64,000 bases of DNA from Takakia lepidozioides (GCA_030704615.1 CM060734.1:38006001-38070000), one strand, 5' to 3'. Counted from the first letter of the stretch, positions 1-13,600 are shown. Made by a program: numbers and translations. The notes: generated by a model from the sequence alone, not told the origin.

Positions 1-1477
1 ACTTTGAACTCCCAAATCCACTTGGTATCACATCGAGATTCATGGATAGGGTTGAAGTATAATGATCCAATGTCATGTTAGTATTCTCATTGTCAGGCAC
101 TGTGAAGTCATCGGATGCGAAGTTTGTTGCGTTAAGTGCAGAAAGGCATCCCTCTTCTTCATCAGTGAAGAGGGTCACCAGAAAATAAGAACAAGGGGAA
201 AGAGAGATCAGCCTCAGCAAGCCAGAGGGCCTCGCTAACGAATGATTGGAGTACAGACTCATATGGAAGTTGTAATGTCAACTACATATCGAGATGTCTT
301 CCTGCATATGGTGCTGACAAGCTTTGCTTTCCAACATGGAAAGGGGGATCAAGGAAGCATGGAAGTCCTGCTATTTACCCAGTTTTCTCATCTCACCCTA
401 CCATTGAAGAAGCCCAATCATACAATGAAACAAGAGAAGTGGACCCTGTAGAAGAATATGTTCGCAGTCATCAGAGCCGACAAGAACTACCTCAGGCCAG
501 GCACAGTTGAAACATTCCTTGGTGCTGGCAGTCAAATGGTCTGCCTTGCGTCTCTTGCAAAAAGTGCTCTGCCTCCAATGCAGCCATGCATCCTGCACAT
601 TCTCACATTTGCAGAGTGAGTGACAGTTCCTTTTTCTCCTCATTGCAGCTGTGAGCGAAAATCAAGCATTTCCATTAACTCTGCAGCCCTAACACATACA
701 GTTCCTATAACTGTCCAAATTAATCAGGAATTTTATGACCTCCAATTACAAGACTCCATTCGTCTCTTCCCATGATCTTTGGTCTATACATTGGTCTTTA
801 GTCCTGTCTATAGATTTGCAGAGGACATCAGTTGAATGAAATGGAAAGAGGGAGGACATACCAGTGCCAGCAGCAGTGATAGCTTGTCTGTAATTTTTAT
901 CTGGACATCAAACACACCCGGAACACGTGTCTGTGTGGTGCCGGGCATGGTTACCACGTAGCAGTCGAGAGCAGCTTGCTCGCCACATAGCCGCCTTCTG
1001 ATTGGCCCCGAGGAGGCCGGCTATGACCCGGTAGCTTGGCTCCGTATACATACGGAGCCCTACTCACAGGCCCTATTACTACTAACAGTAGCAGGGCTCC
1101 TAACCCAAGGATTTACAGTGTGAGCAGCAGCCGCACAGCATAACGGCGTCACCTTTCCAATTTGAGCTTCACTCCTGCTAGTCTAGTTGTCATTTCAGCA
1201 AATGTATGGAGGTCAAACCCCCTACAGTTAGAGAGGTAGAAATGGAATGGGATGATCCATTTTTAACGTCCACGGAAAGCTACGGAAGCTGGACGTTCTA
1301 ATTTCGGGGGCAGTGAATATCGTCGATTAGTAGAGAAGGGGCATATGTGAAAGCAACGAATTTGGATGGGCTGCTATCCGATAGGTAGCTGTAAAGCATT
1401 GTTACAGTATCATCATGTAAAGAAAGGCAGGAGTGTCCGGTGTGGGCAAGCTCCAGGCTGGCGCGGGCGTTCTGTAA

Positions 1478-1554
1478 GTAAAGCCCTCGCCCTTGGACTT
1501 TCCTGTGTCCCCAGGGCACGAAAATCCAGGAAAGTCCAAGGGCGAGGGCTTTAC
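1478..1554. repeat. Perfect 28-bp inverted repeat (hairpin)
   Basis: GTAAAGCCCTCGCCCTTGGACTTTCCTG (1478-1505) and its exact reverse complement (1527-1554), 21-nt loop. Confidence 0.95.
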
Positions 1555-2107
1555 CTTTCGTTGAAAACGAAGCTGCCCGTTTTCGAGATTGCCCGTTTCT
1601 CCTCTGCATTGCCACTAAGGTTTCATTGTCACGTCATTGTAGCTCGCTGCCCAAGTTTGAAAATCGTCTGCCCAATATTAAGAGTAATAAATCCATGCCA
1701 AGGGACAGATTCCATAATCTGGGATTACAGCCCCGGTCCCGGGGCAAAAATCACGTGCGAGGGAAAATTCCTGTCAGGGAAGCCCTAATTTTAACAAAGC
1801 CAAAAAATCTGAAGGTTTTTACGCTGTGATATAACGCACCCGGCCTGCTTACTCATTAGATTACGCCGTATAAGGCGACGCAAAATACACTAACGAAGCG
1901 TTTTTTACGTAGTCCTTGCGTAAACAATAACTAGCAGGTAACTTGATTGGGCATTCTGCCGGAGCGCGCCGGTCCTAGAAGCATCACACGCTTGCCTTAA
2001 ACTCGTTGATAAGCGTAGTCCTTGCGTAATAATCATAAGCAGCGGGTAATTTGGCTGGCTGTCTGCAGAAGCTCCGGCCAGCGGGCCCTATGGAATCACA
2101 CGTGTAG

Positions 2108-2442
2108 GGTAAGGCCCCTGCCCAATGCCCGAGGCTGGCAGCCCGCGGGCAGGGGCCTTACCGTGAGTGAAGCACCGGAAGAAAATTCGACATGTGTCCT
2201 TTCTTTATAGCTTGTTTTTACATTTGTGTAAGCACCCCCGCCACGCTGTATAGGGCGCTTACACCAATGAAGGCGCCTGCCAGGGCGTGCCCTTCACGTG
2301 AATAATAAGCGCCCTAAAGATACAAACTTTATTTACTATGGAATGGGCCCCCACACAAAGCCACATGCCATGGTGGGGAGCCGGAGGGCGCGCTGCCGCC
2401 GAAACCGCGCCGCCCAATGGCATGTGAGGGCCCATTCCATAG
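2108..2442. repeat. Cluster of GC-rich inverted repeats
   Basis: Arms 2108-2123/2147-2162 (GGTAAGGCCCCTGCCC), 2226-2237/2253-2264 (GTGTAAGC(A/G)CCC) and 2336-2350/2428-2442 (CTATGGAATGGGCCC). Confidence 0.85.
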
Positions 2443-2759
2443 CCGAAAAGAACTTTCAGCATTTTCCCTCAAAGGAAACTAGTGACTTAAACCTGTGAAG
2501 CTGTTACACGATCCTATAATCTACCCGCCAGGCTGGCCAGTGCATTCTAGCGTTCCCGTTCCCTGCGCGTTCTTCACGCATAGTAAGCCTCCTCGTGTCG
2601 GGGATTGGGGATAAGTGCAGAGGTGAGAGGTGACAACTATTAGAATGTCCACCTGGATCCTACTTGGCTACATGTTTGCTAAGCTACTGACGATTTTTTC
2701 ATAGCATGTATATATTGAACGGGTCACATATTTGGAAATGGGGGCAAAATAGGTGGTTC

Positions 2760-3165
2760 CATAGCCCCTGTATTGTTGAAAACTAGCTATGATGAAAACG
2801 CCTGATAGCATTTCAAAGCGCAATGGGAAGGCTGTCAGACGTAGACCACCAACAGTGGATCACGAATGCAAATGTGGGACAATTCATTTTATGAATGCCG
2901 AGGTGAGGACACATGTAGTAGTCCCTACACCAAGATACGGGAGAGTGTATACAGTGGTTTCAAGCAACTCCAGCCTTCAAAATTTCTACTACGTAGAAGT
3001 GGGAAATTATCCAGCCTGCACTTATCTTATACTTCACTTCCAACGTTGTCCATGGCTCTATGCAAGAAAGGCAAGTATATCCCTGCAAACAACTTTATTA
3101 TATTTTTATGAGAGTGATGTTCTGTGACTTCAAAAGGGACTACTGCATACATCAACCTTCAGCGA
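2760..3165 (+). pseudogene. C-terminal SWIM zinc-finger remnant of the GCM-MULE transposase family
   Basis: KRNGKAVR..DHECK..VPTPRYGRVYTV..YYVEVGNYPACT..GKYIP(CKQLYY) aligns by eye with KRDGKTVR..DHDCK..VPAPGYGRIYTV..YQVTVGNFPTCTC..GKWVP(CKHQYY) at 35.7-36.1 kb; frameshifted. Confidence 0.8.
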
Positions 3166-4715
3166 GATGTTGATGATACGCATACTACACCATCTGGAAC
3201 TTGATATGAAGACATGAGCTGGGGCTCACCTACCATCACGTTCTCTCGTTTCAATGAATGAATTTGTTCAGTCTCCGGTGGTTCAAAAGGACCATTTTTT
3301 TACTTTGATTTTGATTTGATTCTGCTTCTTTGATAAGATGCAGAACAAAACTTTGTATTCTATCTGCATGGATGTCTTTTTGGGCTCTTTCATTTTTCAT
3401 ACTTGGTGGTTAACTCGGGTCCTACTTCAACATGTGTTTCCAACTTGATTTTTGATTTCTTAACTTGACTTGTACTCTTTTGATATTTGCTTCATTGCCC
3501 ATTGTTCAATAGTCATTTTTGGCTTACTCGGATATAGGGTCGTTATACAGTCATCCACGGAAATACATCCCCTTTCTTAATTTTTCGAAGACCCATCCAG
3601 GCTTAGAATAATATATAATTGTTATTGTGGGCTCACGATTTCCCGCTCACCGCTCATGGCTTAGCCTCCCTGTGAGCACAACCTCACCGTAGGAATTATC
3701 TTTCAAAAAAAAAAGAAGATCCCATGGGCCACATCGCTTTGTAATGCACAAGAAATACATTTTCACACCCCAAATTTGACATACAAAGGACCCCAACCAA
3801 TTTTTGGGGGGATTGGGCTACAAATTCCTACATGCATAGGGTGAGTGCCCAGGAGTGTGAATATGTTGGGCATTCCTATAGGAAAAATAAAAAACCCTAT
3901 TAGACCTTGGTCAAAGTCTTTTTTGGGATAGAATTGGTGGCCAGTAAAAAAAAAACAACATTATCATTTTGTTATAATCTGCCAATTGCAACAGTGAAAC
4001 TCCGTGAAAATTCATGGGCAGATGGATGTAGTAGGTATGAACATTTCTATAAGGTCCATTTCTGTGGATGATTCAGGGCAGGAAGTTATGGCCTCATAAT
4101 TCCAACTATGTATGCTTTTTGGGCTGGCCTACCAATATGGTGGTCGCCCGGTTAAATATAGCGGAAAGTTCTTGCCCGAGGATTTTCCGCTGTTTAAGGG
4201 TGGGCCCGAGGGCGGGAGCCCCAGGCCATACCCGCAAACTGTTGGAAGTCTGAGGGCAAGAACTTCCAGCTGCATAAAAATTTGCTCACCTGGTCCACGC
4301 TCTGACTAGCTGGCTTCACATCAACCCTAGATGATATGTCATCCAAGGGACAAGATTCCGTTCCACTAATATCCCTATGGCACAAGGTCCCAAAATTGGA
4401 ACCACCGATTCCATGCTCCCGGGCCCAAAACGACGACTGGTTCCATGCCACTTGTGCCTCCTAGGGAGTTCTGCTTCAAAATGCCCTAAAAATTACAAAG
4501 GAAAATCTAGAGCAAGTTTTTACATCGGAGTGGAGAGGATTACCGAAATGAGCCCCACCACGAGGCGGTTGCGGAGTGGTGGGACGAGTGTAGATGCATT
4601 TTGTAGTCACCTCCAGGCCTATGCAGAAATGAAAAAAATAAATAAAATGTTCCTTACCAACTCTGCAATCCAAGTCCGGAAGTTTGGCAAGTCTGCATTT
4701 TTCTGGATTTGCGAG

Positions 4716-5304
4716 AAGTTCAAATTTCAGCGTCATGATGACTTTCTTCTGAAAGCCGATTTCACGTAATTTCTTCATTCGGTGATCATGATGAGTACTT
4801 TATTCTGCAACGGACTGCACACATGATACAGTCTGCCCTGGATAAATGTTAGGAAAAAAATAACATTTAGACAAGGTTAACACATTAACAGTTTATGAAG
4901 GGGTTAGTTGTAACACATTAACATTTACAAAATGTAACATTTAACAAATATGAAAATTATGAAGTAACACTTATGAAAAAAGTGGTAATATTCTATTATC
5001 TCTTTGTTAAAGTTCAAATTTCAGCGTCATGATGACTTTCTTCTGAAAGCCGATTTCACGTAATTTCTTCATTCGGTGATCATGATGAGTACTTTATTCT
5101 GCAACGGACTGCACACATGATACAGTCTGCCCTGGATAAATGTTAGGAAAAAAATAACATTTAGACAAGGTTAACACATTAACAGTTTATGAAGGGGTTA
5201 GTTGTAACACATTAAATTTACAAAATGTAACATTTAACAAATAATGAAAATTATGAAGTAACACTTATGAAAAAAGTGGTAATATTCTATTATCTCTTTG
5301 TTAA
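4716..5304. repeat. Tandem duplication, 2 x ~294 bp
   Basis: Unit starting AAGTTCAAATTTCAGCGTCATG at 4716 and 5010; I see only two 1-nt indels between the copies. Confidence 0.95.
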
Positions 5305-5550
5305 ATTGCACCTGGCTTCAGTTGCGAAGAAAGAGGAATGGGAAGCATGGAAGGAATCTACTGGGGGAATCGGTCGTGGACAGGGTGAATGGGAAAAGGT
5401 GGTTTGGTCTCAGAAAATGGTTCTGCATCAATACACAGGGGTTGCGAACAGAGGGCCAAAGTGTAAGTTATCAATCTATTGCATTCACCTCATATTGTGG
5501 TATATCTAAACTAGATCCCGGAGTTGATCGCTCTTTTGTTGGATGTGCAG

Positions 5551-6684
5551 ACATTGGCGTTTGAGGCATATTGCTTTGTGAAGAGAGGGTCTACGTTCAA
5601 ATTCCGCAACGAACGTCTTGTTGATGCCGTTGTGGACCCTGTTACCTACGATGTCCTCTACAACTATGTGCCCCACTCCAGTATGCAGAAGGACACAAAG
5701 ACAGGCAAACCGTGGCGGTACAGCCGGACCCGGAGCCCTGCTTTCAACCAAACCCTCATGGAGACGTGCTCGGATGTCCAAGGGCGGATTCTAGACCTCA
5801 CATGCGGCACGGGTAAGCCTTCACGTGCTCAGTTTGTCCCCTAGCCCGATTGCAATTGCATGCCGCAAGCTATTAACCGCCCGCTTTGTTCCTCAGGTGC
5901 TTCAATGTGGGCAGGGACGTTGTCCGACAGGCATGTGTTCGCCTTCGAGCTAGATACTGCCCTCCACAACTCGGAACTTGCAGCGGCTGAACGTCTGCCA
6001 AAAGAGGAAGAGGCATCCTCGAGGATGAGAAAATCCGAGAAGGAGCAGGGGGAGGAACAAGTTGGGATCGAGGCCGAGGAGCCCCCGGTGTACGAGTGAG
6101 TGGTCGCATTGTAAGTTGCCTCCAGATTTCGTGAGGCACCTCCCTTCGTTCTCTTATTTCATTGAAAACCCTTTCTGCTTCTGCTGGTATTAACATTCTT
6201 GAAGTGGATTTGTTCTTACTGTAGGATGCCAAGTACGGCAGGAAGGACGTCTACACCGGAGTTCATAGGCAGGAGGAACGTGCCTTTTTTTGTCAGGGGG
6301 GATTTCATGCCTAGTCCAGAAAGGGACTACATCCTTCCTACTTATGCTGCCCAGCTTGCTTCGGTGTCCATTAGGAGGTGTTCCAAACCTAGTCGTGTAC
6401 AGTAGATTTTAGACGAGGCAAGCCTCAAGAAAATGAAGATGAGGGAGGAGGCAACAGCTATTAGAGCCCGTCGGGCTCGTAGATTTGTCTTGGATTCTGC
6501 TGAGGAAAGTGGGGGAGAAGAGGCAGAAGATTCCCAGGAGGTGAGGTGGACAGTCCCCCAAAGAGAGGACGGCATTTTTGAGAGGCATACTGCAACTGAT
6601 GCATCACAGAGCTCGGAGGATGGGGGGGATGAGGGGGATGAGGAAGAAGGAGGGCCAAGTTCCTCGGAAGGTGTAGGAGAGTAG
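5551..6684 (+). pseudogene. 3' half of spliced beta-class DNA amino-methyltransferase-like gene (second copy of the MULE cargo gene)
   Basis: Exon 5551-5812 TLAFEAYCFVK..PWRYSRTRSPAFNQTLMETCSDVQGRILDLTCGTG, GT-AG intron 5813-5896, then GASMWAGTLSDRHVFAFELD; tail SPERDYILPTYAAQLA..RRFVLDSAEE. Homologous to 42021-42999 with the same intron positions; 5' part absent, in-frame stop at ~6403. Confidence 0.75.
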
Positions 6685-6839
6685 TTCCCATTCCTGCTAT
6701 GACAGTTAGGACACACTTGTATAGACGTGGCTTGCCACAAAATTTGCAATAAAATGTTGCATTTCATTGCTATGACGAGTCCACATGACCCTATTTCCGT
6801 GCCTCCTAACCCTATTTCCGTGGACACACAATGGCCCGC

Positions 6840-8061
6840 TCATGCTTTTTTTTTCCCGCTCATGCTCATGCTGCTCATGAAATAGCAGCCCCCATAGGGG
6901 GTGCAGGAGATGCCAGTGGTAAAAGGGCCAGTGGTACCAATACCACAGCAGGTGTCTGTGCAGGTAACTGACCCTGTTGCTACTACAGCCAAACCACAGC
7001 CTGAGGTATGGGGGGATGCTGCTTTTAACCCACCTAGGACTCCTGCTGCACGGGAGTACAGTCGGGCTATGATTCAACCAAATTCCCATTGTGCTGGATT
7101 TGGCTTGGAAGGAATTTAGTCCTCCGCAGTCGTTGGCACATTACTACCAGATCATGTGCATTTGGTTGCCAGTGGCAACTCGGACTAAGGTACTTCCAAA
7201 CAATCAACCCATTGAGGATCATCACTTTGCAAGGTACTGGTCTGAGGCAGGTACCATGCTGAAGGAATTAATTGCCTTCCAGGTTGTACATAGGTACATC
7301 TATACCAAGACCAAGGAGGTATCTAGTATTGTCATGGGTTGTGGATTATACTATGCTGCTTGTTTTATGGCACGTTATCACATTGAGCAGCAGAAGATGC
7401 AATCACGATTTCTGAGTTATTCCAGTGGGGATCATTGGGTCTTACCTTCAGTGCCACCTCATATGTACCTATATGATGCAAAAGTTATGATGCAGAAGGA
7501 TTCCCAACTTCGTTCATGGTTTAATTCGGCTTGGAACAATTTGACAACACAGAAATTTGGCCCTGAGGATATTTTCTTTAAGGGACATGAAGCCTGGAAA
7601 TACTTACACTGTTCCAAAGTCATTGGCACACCTCTCACCTATACGGATAAGGAGTTAAGGGCGTTCACTAATTTTACTTGCAAGCGCTTACAGCAAGTTG
7701 TACAGTTTAAACTTCCAGACATGGTGGGCCCACATTGTATGCCACGCAGGATCCACTTAAAGTTCGGCCATTAAAACACCTAAGGGGGGACAAGGATTCT
7801 GATACTACTGTTTCTTCAGAGGACTCTTTTGACATGGCAGAGGACTATGCACTTCAGATGGCAGAGAAGAAACGACGGGGATCTCATATGCCTGAGAGGT
7901 TACCTCGTTATCAGCCAAAGGAGGGTCAGACATTTCCAGGTAGTGTTCAATCATCTCCATCAGCCAGTGACAGGACTCGGGCTCGCACACGGAGTCCTTC
8001 ACGAGACTCTCACCGTCAGAAGGGTGCTCGCTCACAAAGGTTTGCTAATCCCAAACAGTAA
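6840..8061 (+). pseudogene. 3' accessory ORF (C-terminal part) of non-chromovirus Gypsy family A
   Basis: ORFs 6901-7119/7091-7774/7735-8061 lie directly before a PPT and LTR; PPQSL..W.EA..KELIA..IVMGC..Y..HWVLP resembles ORF 29475-30305. Confidence 0.7.
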
Positions 8062-8099
8062 ACCGTGAGGACACGGCTTTTTGAGAGGGGGAGGGGTAA

Positions 8100-8925
8100 T
8101 GTTAGAGGGCTGCTTGGGACTTAGACACTTTTATGGGTTCTGTGGGGTACCCTTAATTTTTGCGCAGATTGAGACCAACAGGAGCCTTAGGGGTGGCAGG
8201 AGCAGGCTTTAGAGGGGTTTCATAGCCCGACACAGCTTCGCACAGCCAGTCACAGCCCGACACAGCTTTACACAGCCAGTCACAGCTCGGCACAGCTTGA
8301 CACAGCCTATCACAGTACATGGGGAACAGTTATCATTGACAGGGAACGACTGTGTGGGAACGACATCTGCAGAGGGAACGTGTTACTTCAGGGGTGACGG
8401 TTATGTTAGTTAGGTGGTTAGAACAGCTTGCGGGTAGATTAGGCAGAGCGGCAACGGGAAGGGGATCACTTCTTGAGGAGGGCGACTTGTTCAGGGAGGA
8501 GGAAACGTAACAAAGAGCGGAAACAGTGAAGAGGAGATGATGACTTGAATGAGGCTTAGTTCATGCAAGCTGTAAAATTATACAGTAGGGTAGAATAGAG
8601 ACACCATGGCATAGGCATGATACATGATTAATCTTAATGCGATACTGAATTGATACAAACATATTGTGTAGAGAGACACGAGAGAAGCTGTGGAATGAAT
8701 GCATGATTAATGGAACTTAGTAGATACTGAAGCAATCTGATGCTTCAGTATACCCGGTAAGGTAAATTGATAACATGAAGGCAGGAGGGAATACAAATAG
8801 GAAGCACAACCATGATTCACTAGCTGCAGGTCATGACTGATTGTTCTGAGCGGGCTGAGTGCTTAGAGATATCCAACTCTTCTATCTTGGATGCAAAGGG
8901 ATGGGTGAGTAAAAGCCGCTCGACA
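8100..8925 (+). mobile_element. 3' LTR of Gypsy family A
   Basis: TGTTAGAGGG...GCCGCTCGACA, preceded by PPT GAGAGGGGGAGGGG (8083-8096); inverted homologue at 25426-26301; internal CACAGC repeats. Confidence 0.85.
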
Positions 8926-9881
8926 TGAGCAGGCAGAGATTGAAACCCTGCCTGCTAAGACCAAGCTGACTCTCCCAATAACCTTGTAAACATCTAGAAG
9001 AAACCACCATAAATCCAGCAACGACCTAACTTACATAATTCAACATGAAAACTTAGGGACGACTCTGATAACAGGGAAAAACAGGCTGAAATATGTTGAA
9101 GAAGGATCTTTCATCAGCAGTGCCATATTCTATCAATTGCACTATTGCCTTTGTTCTTTCCAGTTGACCATCTACCCACGCAGTGCAGCAAGCAAAAAGA
9201 GCTCTCAAATTGGGCCCACTAATCCATTGGCATCTGACTAACGCACAAAGTTCCAATTCTGAAAATTGCATCTTTTTCTCTTTGTAGTCCAACGGGCATT
9301 CACCTTTTTGTCTCTATTGTCCCACCATTAATTGGGGTTGGAAAAGTGTTCATTCCAACGCTTCTCTTCATCTCTGTTACCTATTTTTATTCTATCAAGG
9401 GAATTGTGCCTGTACCCCTGTTTACCAACTTTGAAAGTCTCGAGGCTGAGCCAAAAGCCCAGGCCCTCCTGAGGCCTAGTTTTTGGGCAAATCACACACA
9501 ACAGATTGATGCTTGTGTGAAGGGATTTCTAAAGGATATCTGGAAAATCCGGATTAATCCGGCCAGTCTTGATGAGCACAACTTGGTTGTCTGACCGTTT
9601 TAAGTAACAATACTGGCACTTGTCAGTGCGAACGTTCCTGTCTGCACCGAGAATACCGCTGGATCCACCCTCAGGAGAAACTGTCAGGAGATGTTATTTC
9701 GTCGCCGAATCGGCCATCATTGTCATACTTACTGGCTATGGAATCACACCTCCCACCTTCATGCATGTAGCTTGAAACAATACTTTCCACTTCAATGTGC
9801 GACTTCCAATCGTCGATGGACTCCACATGGTGCCTGTGAGCCTTGGTCTGTCGCTATACTGAACCTCGCACTTGCCAACTT

Positions 9882-10606
9882 TGTCGCGGCCCTTTGCCTT
9901 GAGGGCGGGGGGTCGGGACACATGAGGGGCTGCCCCTATGGTGGGGGCAGCAGCAGCAATAGGTATGGGGGGGCTGAAGCACCCTTGAGTGTCCAAGGCA
10001 CTCAAAGAGGCGGAGGCGCTCACTAGGTGGAGCCCTGCACACCGGGTTGCGGTGGGGGTGGCTCCACAAGGGGTGGTGGTAGCTTAGCGGGTCTTAGTGG
10101 GGGTGGCATAGAACTCACCATAGGGTGGAGACCTCGTGGTGGGAGTCGTGGGGAGTCTTGGGACTCATCACGGCCCAAGGGGGTCGTGGTGAGAGGGCCA
10201 AGACTCACCGCGACTCACCCCTGGGAGTCGAGGGTCTTCGTGGTGGTTCGCCATAAAATGGCATGGCTGGTTGTGAAACCCCCGCGGACAGCTACAGAAG
10301 TATATATAGGGAGTAGTAACCCCGAGAACGGTGCAAGCCCGTTGGTGACCAAAAACTAGTGAGTAAGCGTGCGAGCCGGAAAGCGACCAAAGAGTGGGGA
10401 GCTGTTCCGGACTGCCATCTACCAAAGGGAATTCCACTAGGCCCAAATAGGTGGAGGGTCTTTCGGGAGAGCGAAGGGGGACCGTTATGTCCCGGTGAGC
10501 AGCCGAAGCTCCAAGTTGGCCCGGCGGCCGGTTGGGAGTCAGGCGCGCGCATCAAAGCGAGTAACTATGACTTGAGGGGGAGCTTACCGAAGTGAGGTGC
10601 GCGACA
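9882..10606 (+). repeat. 5' LTR of chromovirus
   Basis: TGTCGCG...CGCGACA terminal inverted ends; TATA-like TATATATA near 10301. Confidence 0.97.
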
Positions 10607-10608
10607 CT

Positions 10609-10620
10609 TGGTATCAGAGC
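10609..10620 (+). promoter_or_regulatory. Primer binding site (tRNA-iMet)
   Basis: TGGTATCAGAGC, 2 nt after the 5' LTR end. Confidence 0.95.
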
Positions 10621-10661
10621 TTAGAGTTCAGTACGCGATCGTCCTTGGGATTGGCCTCATA

Positions 10662-13600
10662 ATGGGGTCGGGCAAGCCGAAGCGAAAGCGGAACGGCCCA
10701 AAAGATGATGATCCCGGTGAGCCCGATGGGGGCGACGTGTCACCGAGGCGGCCGTTTGAGGAAGCGATGAATGTTTCCGAAATGAGGCCGCTCAGGAGCG
10801 GGAGGAATCCGAGGAGTCGGAGCCCGAGGAATCCTTGAGAGCTCCGACAAACGAAGAGATGCCTCCCATGCCGGCAGCCTTTTGGGAAGGGTTGTTGGCG
10901 CAGTTTGGCGGGACGTTGAAAGACGTGTTGAAGGCGGCTAATGCCACTTCCACTAAGGCAAAGTTTAAGGTGAATGCCTAAGGAACCCGGCACCTTCGAG
11001 GGCGTTCAAAACCGGAAGGCACTCAACACCTGGCTCCTGGAGCTAGAGCAGTACTTCCGGGCGGCCAAGTTGAGTGACGAGGATCGGGTGGAAGTGGCTC
11101 CCACCTATTTGAGGGGCTATGCTCAACAATGGTGGCAGAAACGCCTTCACGACCGAGGCCCAAGCCCGGAAACCTTGAACTGGAGTGGGTTCAAGGAATT
11201 GATGAAGAGACAGTTTGTGCCCCTCAACGCATCCTGGCTTGCCCGGGACAAGATGAGGAATTTGAAGCAAACAGATGACATTCGGGGGTATGTCCAGGCT
11301 TTCAATGTGCTATTGCTCGAAGTCGCGGACATGGCAGAACCAGAAATGGTCTTCAACTTTGTGGCGGGACTGGCCCCATGGGCTAGGCGGAAGTTGGAGG
11401 AGAAGCCACCCAAGACTTTGAACGAGGCAATTGAGAGAGCTGAATGTTTCTCGGATGTCCCTAGGGGTGAGAGACAAGGCCGTACGGAGGTGAACCACAA
11501 GAAGACCCGGCGGGAAGGTGACTCCTCCCGACCGGAAAAGAAGTGGGATAGGCCACGCGGCGAAAATGGCACGTGGAAATCGAAGGGAGGGCCTTCACAC
11601 GTCAAGGCGACACCCGGTGCTTCGAAAGGAAAAGCGGGTGGAGCGGCTTATGGCGGACAGAAGGCGACCTTTGATGGAGTGTGTTTCAATTGCGGGGAGC
11701 CCGGGCACATGGCCAAGAAGTGCACGAAGCCCCGGCAATTGAACATGACTCGGGCGACCACGGAGCTGTCGGAAGATACCATCAGTCGCTTGGTGGAAGC
11801 GGTGGTCGCCAGGACTTGCAAGGTAGGCAACTATTCTTGTGAGTTGTATCAGGAAACTGGCGCCCTGCGTAAAGGGAGTCAGTTATTGTTCGTGGATGGG
11901 ATAATATCCGGAACTAACGTGTCGTTGTTGGTGGACACAGGAGCGTCGCACTCCTTCATGACGCCGGCGGCGGCGCGAAAGTTGGGACTCCCGACAAGTG
12001 ATGTGGGGGCCTCTATTGAGGTGCGCTCTGCCAAAGGAGAACCTCAGTTGGCGACAAGGTTGGCGTTTGATGTCCCTCTTCAACTGGGGAGTTGGGAGGG
12101 ACGTGAGAACTTCACTATCTGCCAGATCGATGGAGTGGATCTCATTTAGGGATGACCTTTTTGAGCAAATCCGGAGCGGTCATAGATGGCCGCAAGAGAG
12201 TAGTCACGCTGCCATGTGGGAATGGTGGCGAGGTTTTATGAGTGTCGGAAACGCCCAAATCCGTGGGAGGGCGAATAAACCTTCTGTCAGCAAAAGAGTG
12301 GGCCGTGGAAGAGGCACACGAGTCCCAGTTTTTGCTTTACATTAGAGAAGTGAAAGGAGAAGGCGATGGGGAGCCGAGCCCAGATTGGATCAAAGGGATT
12401 TTGGAGAAACACCAGGATGTGATGCCGGAGGATTTACCAAGCGGCTTGCCACCGCGAAGAGGAGTTGACCACAAGATTGAGGTGATACCGGGATCGGAAC
12501 CGCCTGCCAAGGCGCCCTACCGGTTGAGCCACAGAGAGTTGGTCGAGCTGAAGACTCAGCTCAAGGATCTAATGTCAAAGGGGTACATCCGGCCGAGTAA
12601 GTCACCTTACGGAGCCCCGGTGCTATTCGCAGACAAGAAGGATGGGACGCTGCGGATGTGTGTCGATTACAGGGCTTTGAATAAGGTGACTATCAAAAAC
12701 CGGTACCCTTTGCCAAGGATCGACGACCTCTTCGATCGGTTGGCAGGAGCGAAGTATTTCAGCCGGATCGACTTGCGCTCCGGCTATCACCAAATTCGGG
12801 TGGCGGAAGGAGATGAGGAGAAGACCGCGTGCAGGACAAGGTATGGTTCATATGAGTTCTTGGTGATGCCTTTTGGGCTCACCAATGCACCAGCAACATT
12901 TAGCACGCTGATGAACAGCCTTTTCCAGGAGTGGTTGGATGACTTTGTGATCGTGTACATCGACGACAACTTGGTGTACTCGAAAACAAAGGAGGAGCAC
13001 CTGGAGCACCTAAAAAGGGTGTTCCAAAAATTGCGGGAAGGGAAGCTGTATGCCAAAGCTTCAAAGTGCGAATTCGGGGTCACAAAAGTGGAGTTCCTGG
13101 GGCATGTGATTACACAGGATGGGATCAAAATGGATGACAGAAAGGTGAGGGTGATCTTAGACTGGGAGCCTCCGACTTCGGTCCCGGGAGTGCGATCCTT
13201 CCTAGGACTCGCCTCCTATTACCGGAAGTATGTGAGAAATTTCGCCAAGATCGCGGGGCCGCTGTCGGACCTTCTGTGTAAATCCAAAGTCTGGGTATGG
13301 AACACATTTTGTAGCCAAGCTTTTGCTGAATTGAAGCAGCGGATGACGGAAGCTCCAGTCTTGAAAATCCCGGAGTTCGATCGTCCGTTTGAGATTCATA
13401 CAGATGCATCGGACTTCGCGATTGGGGGTGTACTTATGCAAGATGGACGTCCAGTGGCTTACGAAAGTAAGAAACTGAATGAAGTGGAGCGACGGTGGCC
13501 GACGCACGAAAAAGAGATGAAGGCGGTGGTGCATTGCCTTGAGCTCTGGCGCCACTATGTTGGTTCCAACCCAGTGAAGGTGTTCACAGACAATGTCACG

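Noticed and set aside
1-1300. Coding or LINE remnant at the window start
   Set aside because: Short ORFs without recognisable motifs.
9691-10595. Gly/Pro-rich ORFs repeated at 10, 16 and 22 kb
   Set aside because: They lie inside GC-rich LTR copies; the repetition reflects the LTRs, not a gene family.
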